Shown: positions 24,072 through 35,327 of the stretch, piece after piece
How the letters are laid out: each line of letters begins with the position of its first letter
Numbering within the stretch: the stretch's first letter is position 1
NCBI GenBank assembly: GCA_963847445.1
Contig: CAWJZV010000002.1
Coordinates: forward strand, 32,001-96,000
Source: an uncultured delta proteobacterium
Lineage (GTDB): Bacteria > Desulfobacterota > Binatia > UBA9968
Direction of reading: 5' to 3'
Length of the DNA: 64,000 nucleotides
Notes under the pieces: model-generated
Database searches by the model: none
The model's input: only the letters and a program-made list of their open reading frames with translations
What the model was told of the DNA's origin: nothing
Program-made: the position numbers and the translations under genes

Positions 24072-24121
24072 ATCGAACATCAGCGAACGTATCGCGAAGG
24101 TAAGCGGAATTTTTCTATTTC

Positions 24122-24203
24122 CGTCATTCCGGTGAAAACCGGAATCCATCCGGTTTGACGGCAGAAGCGGCCTGGATTCCCGCTAAAAACATGCGGGAAT
24201 GAC
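24122..24203. repeat. GTCATTCC...GGAATCCA / TGGAT...ATGAC palindromic element; copies at 30447-30580, 31713-31796, 33430-33458, 50938-51006
   Basis: cgtcattccggtgaaaaccggaatcca ... tggattcccgctaaaaacatgcgggaatgac. Confidence 0.85.
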
Positions 24204-24255
24204 GAAAAAGACAAAATGTAGGTAATACGTTAGATTAGCTAAATCTTTACTTGAG

Positions 24256-26552
24256 CTAGCTTTTCGCCTGCAGCGCCCGCCAAATCTTCGGCGGCGTGAG
24301 CGGCAAGTCCTGAATACGCACGCCGACGGCGCGCGATACCGCATTGGCGATCGCCGATGCGACCGGCAACAGCCCGCCCTCACCGATTCCTTTGGATCCG
24401 AATGGTCCCGGTCCGTTGCCGTTCTCGATCAAAATCGTGTGCAGGTGATCCGGCAGATCTTCGAACGTCGGCACGCGGTAGTCGACCAGGTTGCCGTTGA
24501 GCAACTGGCCATCCTCGTAGATCATTTCTTCCATCAACGTGTGGCCGATGCCGAACATCACCGCGCCCTCGTCCTGGCCGATGCATTGCTCAGGGTTGAT
24601 CGCCTTGCCGGCATCGCAGGCGGAGACGTAATTGAGCAGATGAACGTTGCCGGTTTCTGGATCGACTTCGACCTCGACGCCGCCCCAACCGACTTCCCAA
24701 AAAGTCGTGGTCGAGCCCAGCACGGCCTTGGCGCTGCGCTTGTCTTTGTAGAGTCCCTTGCCGATGATTTCTCCGGCCTTGCTACCGAAGAAGTCGACGA
24801 TCACTTTGCTAAATGAAAGACTCTGCCCTGACTTCGTCCAGACCTGGCCATCTTTCAGTGTCAGGCGTGTCGGCCTTTTGCTTCAGCACTTTGGCGGCGC
24901 ATTGGAGCAACTGCTTCTTGGCGTCCTGCGCCGCGCGCTGCACGGCGGTGCCCATGACCACGGTCGAGCTGCTGGCGCTGGTGGAAATATCGTAGGGCGT
25001 CACATCGGTGTCGAGCTGGGCGACGCCGATCTGATCCATCGGCATGGCGAGCTCTTCGGCGACGATCTGGCTCAGCGCCGTGCGCGGCCCCTGCCCGGCT
25101 TCGACCGTGCCGGTGAGCAGCATGACGCTGCCGTCGGACGACATCTTGACCGTGGCGCCGGCAACTTTGTAGGTGCCGCCAGCGTCTTTCATGCAGCAAC
25201 TGATGCCTTTGGCGCGGTTGGGCGTTTGGCTCTTCTCGCTCCACTTGATGGCGTCGGCGACTTTGCGCAGCCCCTCTTCCAAGTCGCAGTCCACCGGCGT
25301 ATCGCCGTTGGTATAGAGATCGCCCTTCTTGAGCAAATTCTTGATGCGAAACTCCAGCGGATCGATGCCCAGGCGGTCGGCGATCATGTCCATCTGCGAT
25401 TCATAGGCCCAGGTCACTTGCAGCGCGCCGAAACCGCGGAATGCGCCGGCGGGCACCGTGTTGGTATAGACGCCGTGGGCTTCGACTTTGGCGTAGGGAA
25501 TTTTATATGGCCCCAAGGCGCGATAGCCGGCTTTTTGCGTCACCCGCGGTCCGGCATCGGCATAGGCGCCGGTGTCCATGTAGACCTGGCAATCGCGGGC
25601 GACGAGCTTGCCGTCTTTGCTCACGCCGGTCTTGACCGTGACCCGCGCCGGATGACGCGTGACCGTCTTGAAGCTCTCGTTGATCGACAGCTGCAGCTTC
25701 ACCGGCCGGCGGGTCATCCAGGAGAGCGCCGCGGAAATCGGCTCAGCTTTGACGTAAAGCTTGCCGCCGTAACCGCCGCCGACATAGGGGACGATGACGC
25801 GAATGCGGTTACACGGCAGACGAAAGATTCCCGACAGATGATCGCGCAGGGTAAACGGATCCTGGCATGACGCCCAGATCGTCAGCTTCTCGCCGTCGTA
25901 GTAAGCGACGTTGTTATGCGCTTCTAGGGAAAAGTGCTGGACCTTTTGAAAGCGGAAGGTGTCCTCGAAAATATGATCGGCTTTGGCAAAGCCCTTTTCG
26001 ACGTCGTCGCGGCCGAAGGTCAAGGTAATAGCAAATGTTGGTGCCACTGAAGCGCTCCGGCGCGCCGTAGGTCGAGCCGCGCAGCTCGGCGCGCGCCACC
26101 CCGCCCTCGTGCACTTGAATCGCGCCGGGAGCGGTGGCTTCTTCGAGGTTGGTGACTTTGGCAGCTCGTCGTATTCGACTTCGATCAGTTCCAGCGCTTG
26201 CTCGGCGATCTCCGGCGTATCGGCCAGCACCGCGGCCACCGGATCGCCGACGTAGCGCACCTTGTCGACGGCGACGATCGATTGATCCTTGTAGGTCGCG
26301 CCATATTTGAAGTTGAAGCCTTGGATGTCGTCACGCGTCAAGGTCGCGATGACGCCGGGAAGTTCCTTCGCTTTAGAGGCGTCGACCTTGACCAACCGGG
26401 CGTGGGCGACCGGGCTGCGCAGTATCCGCGCATGGGCCATGCCCGGCAGCTGGATATCGCTGGTGTAGATCGCCTTGCCGCTGACTTTTTCGATGGCGTC
26501 GACACGGTGCGCATTGGTGCCGACGACGTTCAGAGATTTGCTTCGTCTTCAT
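24256..26552 (-). CDS. Xanthine dehydrogenase-family molybdopterin-binding subunit (indels)
   Basis: LRSPVAHA, VGGGYGGK, AGAFRGFG, EAGQG, DAGKAINP, GPFGSKGIGE. Confidence 0.92.
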
Positions 26553-26612
26553 GGTAGTGAGCCGGAAAAGAAAAACGCCACGGTGCAATCGTCACCGTGG
26601 CCGCGGACCAAG

Positions 26613-26760
26613 TTATTTGCGGATTTTGGGGCTGTCTTTTTCGGGGAAATACTTGTCGCAGATAGGGGCAATGAAAGTTCATCCCCGAGCCGAGCATATG
26701 CGGGTTGACGACAAAAATTTTCTTACAATCTGGACAAGTGACTTCAACGGCCTGACCCAT
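26613..26760 (-). CDS. ~48-aa double-CxxC (zinc-ribbon-like) protein, one indel
   Basis: MGQAVEVTCPDCKKIFVVNPHMLGSGMNFHCPYCDKYFPEKDSPKIRK* after removing one base; GAGGT RBS. Confidence 0.7.
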
Positions 26761-26951
26761 GGTTTACCTCGCTATATTTTGGATTTTGGATTTTCGATGC
26801 TATCGACTTCGACTCGGCACAGACTTTTGGATTGCCGGAATCCCCCGCCTTCAGTCCTCCCCGCGCTGCGGGGGAGGTAAAGAGGTGGGGGATCCGTCAT
26901 TCGTGGACTTTCGTGACCTTTGTTCTCTTTGTGGTTAAATCTCCGAATCCC

Positions 26952-28401
26952 TTACGCCCAGTAGGTCGTCCGGTCCATCGGAATATGCTGCAACACTTCT
27001 CCGGGGACGTAGTCTTCCAACTTGATTCGCGCCATCGCTTCGTCGGGGCATTTCGACACCGGCGAGAACGGCCGGTCCGTCGGCTTGGTCGCATCGACGA
27101 TCATGCCCGAGGTCTTGATCTCGTCGCGCAGCGACGGATCCAGGAAGTTGCCGCGGAATAGCGGCTTCAAGATATTGACCTGAAGATGCGGCTGCACCCG
27201 GGTCGCGATCGCCCAGAGAATGTCGGTCGGGTTGAAAACGTCAATATCCTCATCGAAGACGAAGACATTCTTGGTGTGGTCGAAGGTCAACGCGGCGGCG
27301 GCGGCGCGCGCCGGATCGCCTTCGGACATTTTCTTCATCGAGATGAAAACATTGTAATGCGCGTGGCGGCCCTGCTTGCAGACGGCGGTGACGCCGGGCA
27401 CGGCCTCGCGGCAGCGGCGCAGGTAGGCGCCCTTCGCGCGGCAGATCCATCCACGGCTTATCGCCTTCCGGCGTGATCACCGACTGATACATGGCGCCGT
27501 TGCGATAATTGATGGCCCGCACTTCATAGTGCACGCAGGTCGTGTAGCGCTGCGGTCCGAGATAGCCCGGCGCTTCGCCGAAGGGACCTTCGACCACGCG
27601 GCCGCCCGGTTTGAGCACGCCTTCGATGACGACCTCGGCGTCGGCGGGAATCAGCAGGTCGTCGCCGAACGTTTCCGACGCGACCAAGCGCAGCGGTTCG
27701 CCCATGTAGCCGCCGATCACGTCGTACTCGCTGACTTCAAACGGGCCGCTGTAGCAGGCGCCCATGTGGAAGGCCGGATGATGGCCCAACACGGTGGCCA
27801 CCGGCATTTCCATGTTGTTGTCTTCGTAGTCTTTGAAAGATCTTCCACAGATGGCGCGGTGAAGCGTAGAGCGCCGTGGAGTTCTTCGATTTCACTTCCA
27901 TGCGGTGGTACGAAAGATTGTAGATCCCCGACTTGCGATCTTTGGTGATGGTCGACAGAACGATATACGGGCCGCCGTCCATTTCGTGGTGGCGCATGAT
28001 CGGAATCTGGTAGAGGTCGACTTTATCGCCGACCATGGTGTTTTGCTTGACCGGCGCGTCCTTCTTGGCTGATGATCGTCGGCGCGCACGCGATGCTCTT
28101 CCATTTCCAAACACTTTTCCGCCATCTCCGGGCGGGTCGCGTCGCGCGGCATGCCCAAGGCGATCTGCGTCTTGCCCTGGGAGATCTCGCAGTTCATGGT
28201 CAGCTTGATCGGACCGACTTTGCCGTTCAAATTCAGCGGGTTGTCGAAAATGATGATCGGAAACTTCTTCTGGGCGCCGAGGTGCTTGATGATCGCGGTC
28301 ACATCGTAGTTCGCCGGATTGACTTCCTTGGTGATGTGAATCACCTCGCCCGGCAATTGCCGTTCGCAGTCGGCAATAAAAGTTCGTAAATCCTTCGCCA
28401 T
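26952..28401 (-). CDS. UbiD-family prFMN (de)carboxylase 1 (indels)
   Basis: MAKDLRTFI, DGGPYI, YNLSYHR, PADAEVVIEG, EGPFGE, DIDVFNPTDILWAIATR. Confidence 0.92.
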
Positions 28402-28506
28402 GGAGGCCTCCTAGCTAAGTTATGAAAAATTTTATGCAAAAGATTTATCGGATGACCGAAAATCTTGTCAATGTCGGTCGTGATAAGAGTTGTCGAGAAC
28501 GCGCAG

Positions 28507-29343
28507 CTATTCAAACACCACGGTGCGGTTGCCGTGCAGAAAGACCCGCTCATCGAGCATTAGGCGCACCGCTCTCGCCAGAGCGATTTTCTCCGCGTCC
28601 CGGCCCGCCTGGACCATCGCAGCGGCGGTGTAGGTGTGATTCACCGGGATCACGTTTTGCGCGATGATCGGTCCGGTGTCGAGATCGTCGGTGACGATAT
28701 GCGCGGTCGCGCCGATGATCTTGACGCCGCGCTCATAGGCCTGGTGGTAGGGCTTGGCGCCGATGAACGCCGGCAAAAAGGAATGGTGGATGTTGATCAC
28801 CCGGTTGCGGTAACGGGCGACGAAGGCGGGCGTCAGGATGCGCATGTACTTGGCGAGCACGAGGTACTCAGGCGCATAGGAGTCGATCACGTCCATCACT
28901 CGCTGCTCGTGTTCGGCGCGCTCCAGATCCTTGTGGCTCACGCAGTGAAACGGAATGCCAAAGGATTGCACCAAAGAGCCCAGGGTCTCGTGGTTGGCGA
29001 TCACCGCTTTGATCTGCGCCGGCAGCTCGCCGGAATAATGACGGATCAGAAGATCGCCTAGACAGTGCGCCTCGGTGGTCGCCAGGATGACGATCGGCTG
29101 GCGCTCCGCGACGACGAGCTTAACAACCGATTCAGCCGGCAATATCTGTTGGAGATAGGAGACCACCCGGTCTGGCTGGGTAGCTCCTTCGAATGCCGTG
29201 CGCATGAAGAAATGCTTGGCTTCGAGGTCGACGAACTCCTGGTTACTCAGGATATTGTAGCCGGCATTGAACAACACCCCGGTGATCTTGTGAACCAGTC
29301 CCGGCTCATCGGGGCAATCGATGCGTAAGATATATGGCGGCAC
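28507..29343 (-). CDS. purU: Formyltetrahydrofolate deformylase
   Basis: CPDEPGLV ACT domain, LAKYMRIL, INIHHSFLPAFIGAKPYHQAYERGVKIIGATAH. Confidence 0.95.
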   Translation of the reverse strand: MPPYILRIDCPDEPGLVHKITGVLFNAGYNILSNQEFVDLEAKHFFMRTAFEGATQPDRVVSYLQQILPAESVVKLVVAERQPIVILATTEAHCLGDLLIRHYSGELPAQIKAVIANHETLGSLVQSFGIPFHCVSHKDLERAEHEQRVMDVIDSYAPEYLVLAKYMRILTPAFVARYRNRVINIHHSFLPAFIGAKPYHQAYERGVKIIGATAHIVTDDLDTGPIIAQNVIPVNHTYTAAAMVQAGRDAEKIALARAVRLMLDERVFLHGNRTVVFE

Positions 29344-29461
29344 GGATAACGCTCCGTCACTTGTCAATGCCGCGCAGTATCGCATGGACAGAATCACAGA
29401 TAAACCGACCCTGAGAAACTGCAAGGGTCGGTTCATCCGATTCCTGTAAATTGATCCGAAA

Positions 29462-29524
29462 TGTAGGGGCAGACCCCGTGTCTGCCCTCGGGACGGGCGA
29501 CCACCGTGGACCATCCCACCCTAC
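29462..29524. repeat. GTAG-type REP doublet
   Basis: gtaggggcagaccccgtgtctgccct ... gggcgaccaccgtgg...ccctac. Confidence 0.6.
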
Positions 29525-29564
29525 AGTTGTTCGACACACTCAAGCACAAACCTGGTCTCACACC

Positions 29565-30390
29565 TCACTGCTTCACATAGCGATGGGTAAACCGGTCGCT
29601 CTCGCCGATCGCTTGGTATTTGGCCCGGTCTTTGTCGCCCAAGCGAAAGCTCGGCGGCAACGTCCACACGCCATCGGGATAGTCCTTGGTGTCCTTGGGA
29701 TTGTTCTTCACCGGGGATGTGCCGGTGAGTTTGAAACCGGCCTTTTCCATCAGCTTGATCGCCACGTCCTCACGGACATAACCGAACTTCATTTGCGCAT
29801 CTTGCGACATATCGGTGCGACCACGATGGTCGGTAACGCCGAGTATTCCGCCCGGCTTGAGCGCTTTGTGAAAGGCGCGCAGCGCGCCGTCGATTTCATT
29901 GCGCTCGATCCAATTGTGCAGATTGCGAAAGGTCAGGACAAAATCCATGCTCCCGGCCGGTGCGACCTCATGCATATCGGCGTTGAATTTGGTGACCTGG
30001 ACCTTATCGAAGACCGCGTCTTCTTTGAGCCGGGCCAAGAACTTTTGGTGATCCTCTAAATAGCGCGGCGCGGCGTTTTCGTCGCGATTGGCGGCGATAT
30101 ACAAGCCTTTGGCTTTCAGATAGGGCGCGAGAATTTCGAGAAAATAACCCCGGCTTCCCGGCAGGATCTCCACCACTCTGCTGCTTTCCTTGACGCCGAA
30201 GAAGGTTAGCGACTTCCACCGGATGGCGATAAATATCGCGCCCCACGTTGGCTTGAGTGCGATAGGTTGCTTTCAACAATTGCGCGAGAGCGCTGTGATC
30301 GTTGGCCGATGCCGCGGCAAATGGATACGCCGTCATCACCGTCAAGATAACCAGCCGGGCGAAAACCGTTCGCTTCAAGTGTAACTTCAT
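29565..30390 (-). CDS. Exported class I SAM-dependent methyltransferase-like protein (indel)
   Basis: Signal peptide; RDIYRHP, VVEILPGSRGYF, TFRNLHNW, ALKPGG, NNPKD, GVWTLPP. Confidence 0.85.
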
Positions 30391-30666
30391 GTCTTCCTCC
30401 GTTCACGGGTCAATATCCCGACTTGAATGTCGATTTTCTCTTTGTGGTCATTCCCGCGCACGCCTGTCCTGAGCAAAGCCGAAGGGCGGAAATCCAGACC
30501 CATCACCCGCCTGGATACCGTTTTTCAACGGTATGACGGACACTGTCCGTCACCTGGATGCCGCCTGCGCGGACATGACGGAACTTCACTCCGGCTTGAG
30601 GGTGAGACATTTCAACTATCCCAAAATCGACATTAATTCCAAGTTTAAGCATCAGCAACAAGCCGA

Positions 30667-31627
30667 TCATCTTTTACCCGCGGCGAGCTCATCGAGCAGC
30701 GAAAAATCATAGACCTGCTCCATCTTCGGCGGTTCTTTCAAGCCCATGTCGCGCTGGGTCAGCTCGAAGTCGAGTTTGTTTGCCGCGGCTGTCGGTTTGC
30801 CGTCGAGGGCCCAGGAACGCGCGACATTGTCATAGACCCAGGCCGATTCTTCCGCCGTCAAGGCGAACTGCTTCATGTAGATCGGGATCACTTTCTCTCT
30901 TTGTGTCGCCGCGATGCGCAGCCCTTCCAAGGCCGCTTGCACCGTCGCGCGCATGATGTCGCGCTTGTTTTGCAGACTGGCGATGGCCGTGCCCAGTCCG
31001 CCCGAGGTCAAATCGATATCGTCCGAGGCTCGCGCCAGGACACGAAAGCCTTGGCGGCTAAGCCTTGCCGCCTCGACGGCGGTAAGAACTGCCGCGGGAA
31101 CAGTGCCGCTCAGCAGCGCCGGTGACCTAGCGGTGCCGATATTGAGAATCTTGTAATCGTCGGGCCGCAACCCTTTACGGCGCAGCAGTTCAATCAACAC
31201 GATGTTCGCCGACGCCTGCGCCGTGTAACCGCCAAAGGTCTTGCCTCTGAGCTGCTCGACGCTGGTGAATTCTTTAGCCGCGACCACGCACAAGTCCGAA
31301 CGATTGGCCGAAACCATCACGACTCGAACCGGCACGCCGCGCAGCGCGGCGCGCCCGGTGGTTCCCGCGGCGGTGTAAAAATCCAGATCCCCGGTGAGCA
31401 ACGCGGCGAGCGCTGCCCGCGGCTCAAGCACGAGGATCTGCGGTTCGAATCCCAGGCTCTCAAAGATCCCCAGACTGCGCGCGATATAAATCGGCGTCGA
31501 ACTGACTGAATGGCTCGGCAGAGCGATTCGTAAGCGGGCGCAGCTTCTTCGGCTGCGCGCCGGCGGTAGAACTGTCGACGACTAGCGCCAGCGCCAAAAC
31601 CAAGATCGAACTTAGATTTAGTTTCAT
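30667..31627 (-). CDS. NitT/TauT (NMT1/SsuA-like) ABC substrate-binding protein (indels)
   Basis: Signal peptide; ALLTGDLDF, VEQLRGK, EQVYDFSLL; paralogue of the neighbouring gene. Confidence 0.82.
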
Positions 31628-31891
31628 CCAACCGACTCCTCTAAACCGAACTCGCCTCGGCTCCAAGCCGAAAGGTTGTGAATTTAACCAATAGAAATCG
31701 ACTCTTCCTATCTGTCATGCCGGCGCAGGGCGGAATCCAGTTCTTGCGAATTCGAACTGGAATCGAACCTGAATGCCGGCCTGCGCCGGCATGACAAAAT
31801 ATCTGTTCGCGTGCACGCGAGAGACTTCAGCTATGCCCGAAAGAAACCATCAACTGAGCGCTAAGTCACTAACCCCGAGAGCCTAGTTCCG

Positions 31892-32863
31892 CTATTTTTT
31901 CGTCAATTCATCCAACATGGAAAAATCGTAGGTCTGCTCCACTCGCGGCAACTCCTTCAACCCCATGTCGCGCTGCGAAAGCTCGGCATCGAGTTTAATC
32001 GCGTTGGCGGTTGGCCGGCCGTCCAGCGCCCAGCCTGGGCGAATCGCATCGTAGACATAGCTGGCTTCATCCTGGCTCAGCGCCAACTGCTTCATCAACA
32101 CCGGCACGGTCTTATCCTTTTGATTGACGATCACGCGGATGGCATCGAGCACGGCCTGGACGCCCGGACGTAGGAAGTCACGGCGGCTTTGCATGCTGCC
32201 GAGCGACATGCCCAAGCCGCTTTGCGGCAGCTCCAGATCATCGCTCGCCCGGCCCAGGACATGAAATCCGGCTTTGACCATGCGCACGGTCTCGACGCTG
32301 TTGAGCACCGCCACCTGCACCGCGCCGCCGCTCAACGCCGCGGCGCGCGCCGTCCCGGCGTTGACGACTTTGTAGTCATCGAGTTTAAAGCCGCGCCGGC
32401 GCATCATTTCATGGAGCACGACATTGACTGTCCCCTGCGGCGTGTAGGCGCCGATCACCCGGCCGCGCAGCTGTTCGAAGCTGGCAATGTCCTTGGTCGC
32501 GACCACCGAGAAGTCGGGGCGATTGAGCGCCACCAGGCCGACGCGCACCGGCAAACCGCGCAGCGCAGCGCGGGCGGTGGAACCGATGGCGGTGTAGAAA
32601 TCCAATTCTCCCGCCAGCAGGGCCGCCAAACCGGCGCGCGGTTCCAGGACCAACACACGGGCGTCAAAGCCGTAGCTCTCAAAGATACCCAGGTGCTTGG
32701 CCACATAGATCGCCGTCATGGTCACCGAATTGTTGGCCAGGGCGATATGCAGGGGCTTAAGCTTGGGTTTTTGCTGGGCGAAGGCCGAACTGGAACAAAA
32801 TGGCCAGGTCAAAACAACGGCCACGAATCCAGCGACAAGGGCAACCCGCGTGATGCGAAACAT
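31892..32863 (-). CDS. NitT/TauT (NMT1/SsuA-like) ABC substrate-binding protein
   Basis: Signal peptide; IYVAKHLGIF, ALLAGELDF, EQTYDFSML. Confidence 0.85.
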   Translation of the reverse strand: MFRITRVALVAGFVAVVLTWPFCSSSAFAQQKPKLKPLHIALANNSVTMTAIYVAKHLGIFESYGFDARVLVLEPRAGLAALLAGELDFYTAIGSTARAALRGLPVRVGLVALNRPDFSVVATKDIASFEQLRGRVIGAYTPQGTVNVVLHEMMRRRGFKLDDYKVVNAGTARAAALSGGAVQVAVLNSVETVRMVKAGFHVLGRASDDLELPQSGLGMSLGSMQSRRDFLRPGVQAVLDAIRVIVNQKDKTVPVLMKQLALSQDEASYVYDAIRPGWALDGRPTANAIKLDAELSQRDMGLKELPRVEQTYDFSMLDELTKK

Positions 32864-33484
32864 TCCGCCTCCTTCAGTCCTCTTCCTCATACCCGCGTCG
32901 AATCGATGCTGTCAAGGTAAAGAGCTGGCGCAGTGAGGATTAAGATCGGAACTTTCACCACGAAGGACCCAGCGCGGCACAGCAGCAACCAAATTTCGGA
33001 ATATCTCGCGCAAAGCACGCAAAGGGCGCAAAGGAAGAACGTTGTCATTTCGAACGGAGAGAGAAATCCTTCTTAGATCTTTTGCAGTCGCTCAGGATGA
33101 CAGGCCTCAGGCCTGTCACTTCGCGATCTTGGCGGCCTTGGCGCGAGGAATATCCGAATCCGAGGCGTCTCGGCTCCCGGACAATTTGCGCAAACCACGC
33201 AAATTATCTCGGATAATAGTACGAAGGGTTCGGCAAGGTATTTCGCCAAACTTCGTGACCTCCTTGGAAAATACCGGTCGGCTGTTTGTCGGATCTGGTG
33301 ACCAAAGGGAACCGCATCGTCGGTGCGTCGCGCGTGCTGGATGGGCTGCGCATGCTCACCACATCCTACGGGTTTGGTCATTTTGATTGTCGTAGTGTGT
33401 GTCAGCGCATGAGACAGAAACAAACAAACCTGGATGGCGGTTTTCACCGGCATGACGGAGCTTGGCAAAACACCGCCGAACTAC

Positions 33485-35056
33485 TCAGTTCGACAGTTCG
33501 AATCGGCCATCTTTATCCTGTTTGATCCTGCCGTCCTCATACAAGCGCGCCACCGCATGAGCGACGGTTTTGTAATCCGCCTTGGGGAACTTCTCCAGCA
33601 GATCGGCGAAGAAGCAGTGTGACTTGCCCAGCGTCGCGACGATTTTTTCGCTCAAGGTTGCAACGGTCTCCTCCGGCTTGATTTGGGCTTCGGCTTTGGC
33701 GGTTATTTCAGCTGCGCCCAGGTAGTCGCTCAACTTGATCTTGTCCTGGTTGAAATAGACGATCCGCTTGTAGCGCTCGGCTGGAATATTTTCCGGAATC
33801 GTCGCATCGATGCCCATCTTCGCCGTCGTCGGCACTTTGCCGTGCAGCGGCAATGGCAGGGACGGATCGAGGGGCTTCGATCTGGCGTTGGAAATAATCA
33901 CCACGTCGCGGTCGGCCTGCACCCGGGTGGCGACGGCCCACTCGACGTCGACCGGGTCGAATACATCGATGTCGTCATCGACGATGGTGACATGTTTGAT
34001 GTCGGCGATGGAGAGCAGCGCCATGATCGCGTTCTTGCCGTCGCCCGGCACCTTCTTGATCGACGCGACGATATGCCAATGGCAGCAGCCGCCGGGGGTG
34101 ACGTTGATCGCCACCGTCTGCACGCCGGCCTCGAACAACACCCGGCGCGCCGCGGCTTCGTAGATCGGCGCTGACATCCAGATGTTTTCCCAAGGCATTT
34201 GCAGGGCGTAGTAGATGGCGTCTTTGCGATGCATGATCGACTTGATGCGCACCCGCGGGTTCATGTGCATGCCGCCCATGAGCCGGTTGAACTCCGAAAA
34301 CGGTCCTTCGGTGTGGACCCAGCCTTCGGGAAGGATTTCGCCTTCCAGGACAATTTCCGCATCGGCGATGCACGGCACCGGCACGGTTTCGCCGTCGGCC
34401 AGCCGCAGCGCTTCATTGCGCAAGCCGCCGGCGAAGGTCAGTTCGTTGACGCCTAGGTTTGCTTTGAAAGTCGCCGCGACCAGTTCGTACGGGTGGGTGC
34501 CGATGGAGATCGATATCGGCAGCGGTTGTTTTTTCGCCAGGGCGCGCTCGGCGAACTTGCGCATGTTGTTGGGCGTGACGATGTCGATGCCGGTGATGTT
34601 GCGCTCTTTGAGCATCAGGCGATAGATGCCGGCGTTGATGCCGAACTCGGGGTCTTCGGCGATGACTACGCCGCCGGTGATCATCGGCCCGCCATCCATA
34701 ATCGAGAAGACCGGCACCGGCAGGTCGAAGAGATTGATTTTTTTGCCGGTGATCCTGACCTCTTTCACCGGCGCGTTGGCGACCCGCCGCGGCGCGATCG
34801 GCTTGTCCATCGCTTTGCCCAGCTTATCGGCGATGTTTTCATAGGCGACGCCCATGCCCAGCGCGATGCGGTTACGCGATTGCAGCAGTCCGGAAACCAA
34901 AGACATGGAATAACCCGGCAGGTTTTTGAACAGCAAAGCTTTTTCCGACTGCGCCACCAGCGCCGCGACATCGCGCAGGTCCACCGGCTTGGTGATTTCC
35001 AGCAGCTCGTTGTTCTTGCGCAAGGTATCGACGTAGTCGCGAAAGCTCGCCTTCAT
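33485..35056 (-). CDS. UbiD-family prFMN (de)carboxylase 2 with C-terminal extension
   Basis: DGGPMIT, NAGIYR, ADAEIVLEG, EGPFSE, DDDIDVFDPVDVEWAVATR, KMGIDAT. Confidence 0.93.
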   Translation of the reverse strand: MKASFRDYVDTLRKNNELLEITKPVDLRDVAALVAQSEKALLFKNLPGYSMSLVSGLLQSRNRIALGMGVAYENIADKLGKAMDKPIAPRRVANAPVKEVRITGKKINLFDLPVPVFSIMDGGPMITGGVVIAEDPEFGINAGIYRLMLKERNITGIDIVTPNNMRKFAERALAKKQPLPISISIGTHPYELVAATFKANLGVNELTFAGGLRNEALRLADGETVPVPCIADAEIVLEGEILPEGWVHTEGPFSEFNRLMGGMHMNPRVRIKSIMHRKDAIYYALQMPWENIWMSAPIYEAAARRVLFEAGVQTVAINVTPGGCCHWHIVASIKKVPGDGKNAIMALLSIADIKHVTIVDDDIDVFDPVDVEWAVATRVQADRDVVIISNARSKPLDPSLPLPLHGKVPTTAKMGIDATIPENIPAERYKRIVYFNQDKIKLSDYLGAAEITAKAEAQIKPEETVATLSEKIVATLGKSHCFFADLLEKFPKADYKTVAHAVARLYEDGRIKQDKDGRFELSN

Positions 35057-35327
35057 GGATTTACTCCCAGGGATTTATTTCGAGGAGACTTAACACGGCG
35101 ATACGGCTAATTCCAATCACACGGTGTCAACACGTCGATCTAACTGCAGAGGATCGTTCTCACCACGAAGGCACGAAGCACACGAAGGTTTAGGATAATT
35201 AAGAATTCGTACTTCGTGCCCTTCGTGTCCTTCGTGGTGCGAGCAATTTCCCGCTCTCCGCATATTTCGCAAACCCGACACCATGTGTTATAACGCGGGC
35301 GAACTTAGGCAATTCGAAAGGCGATCT

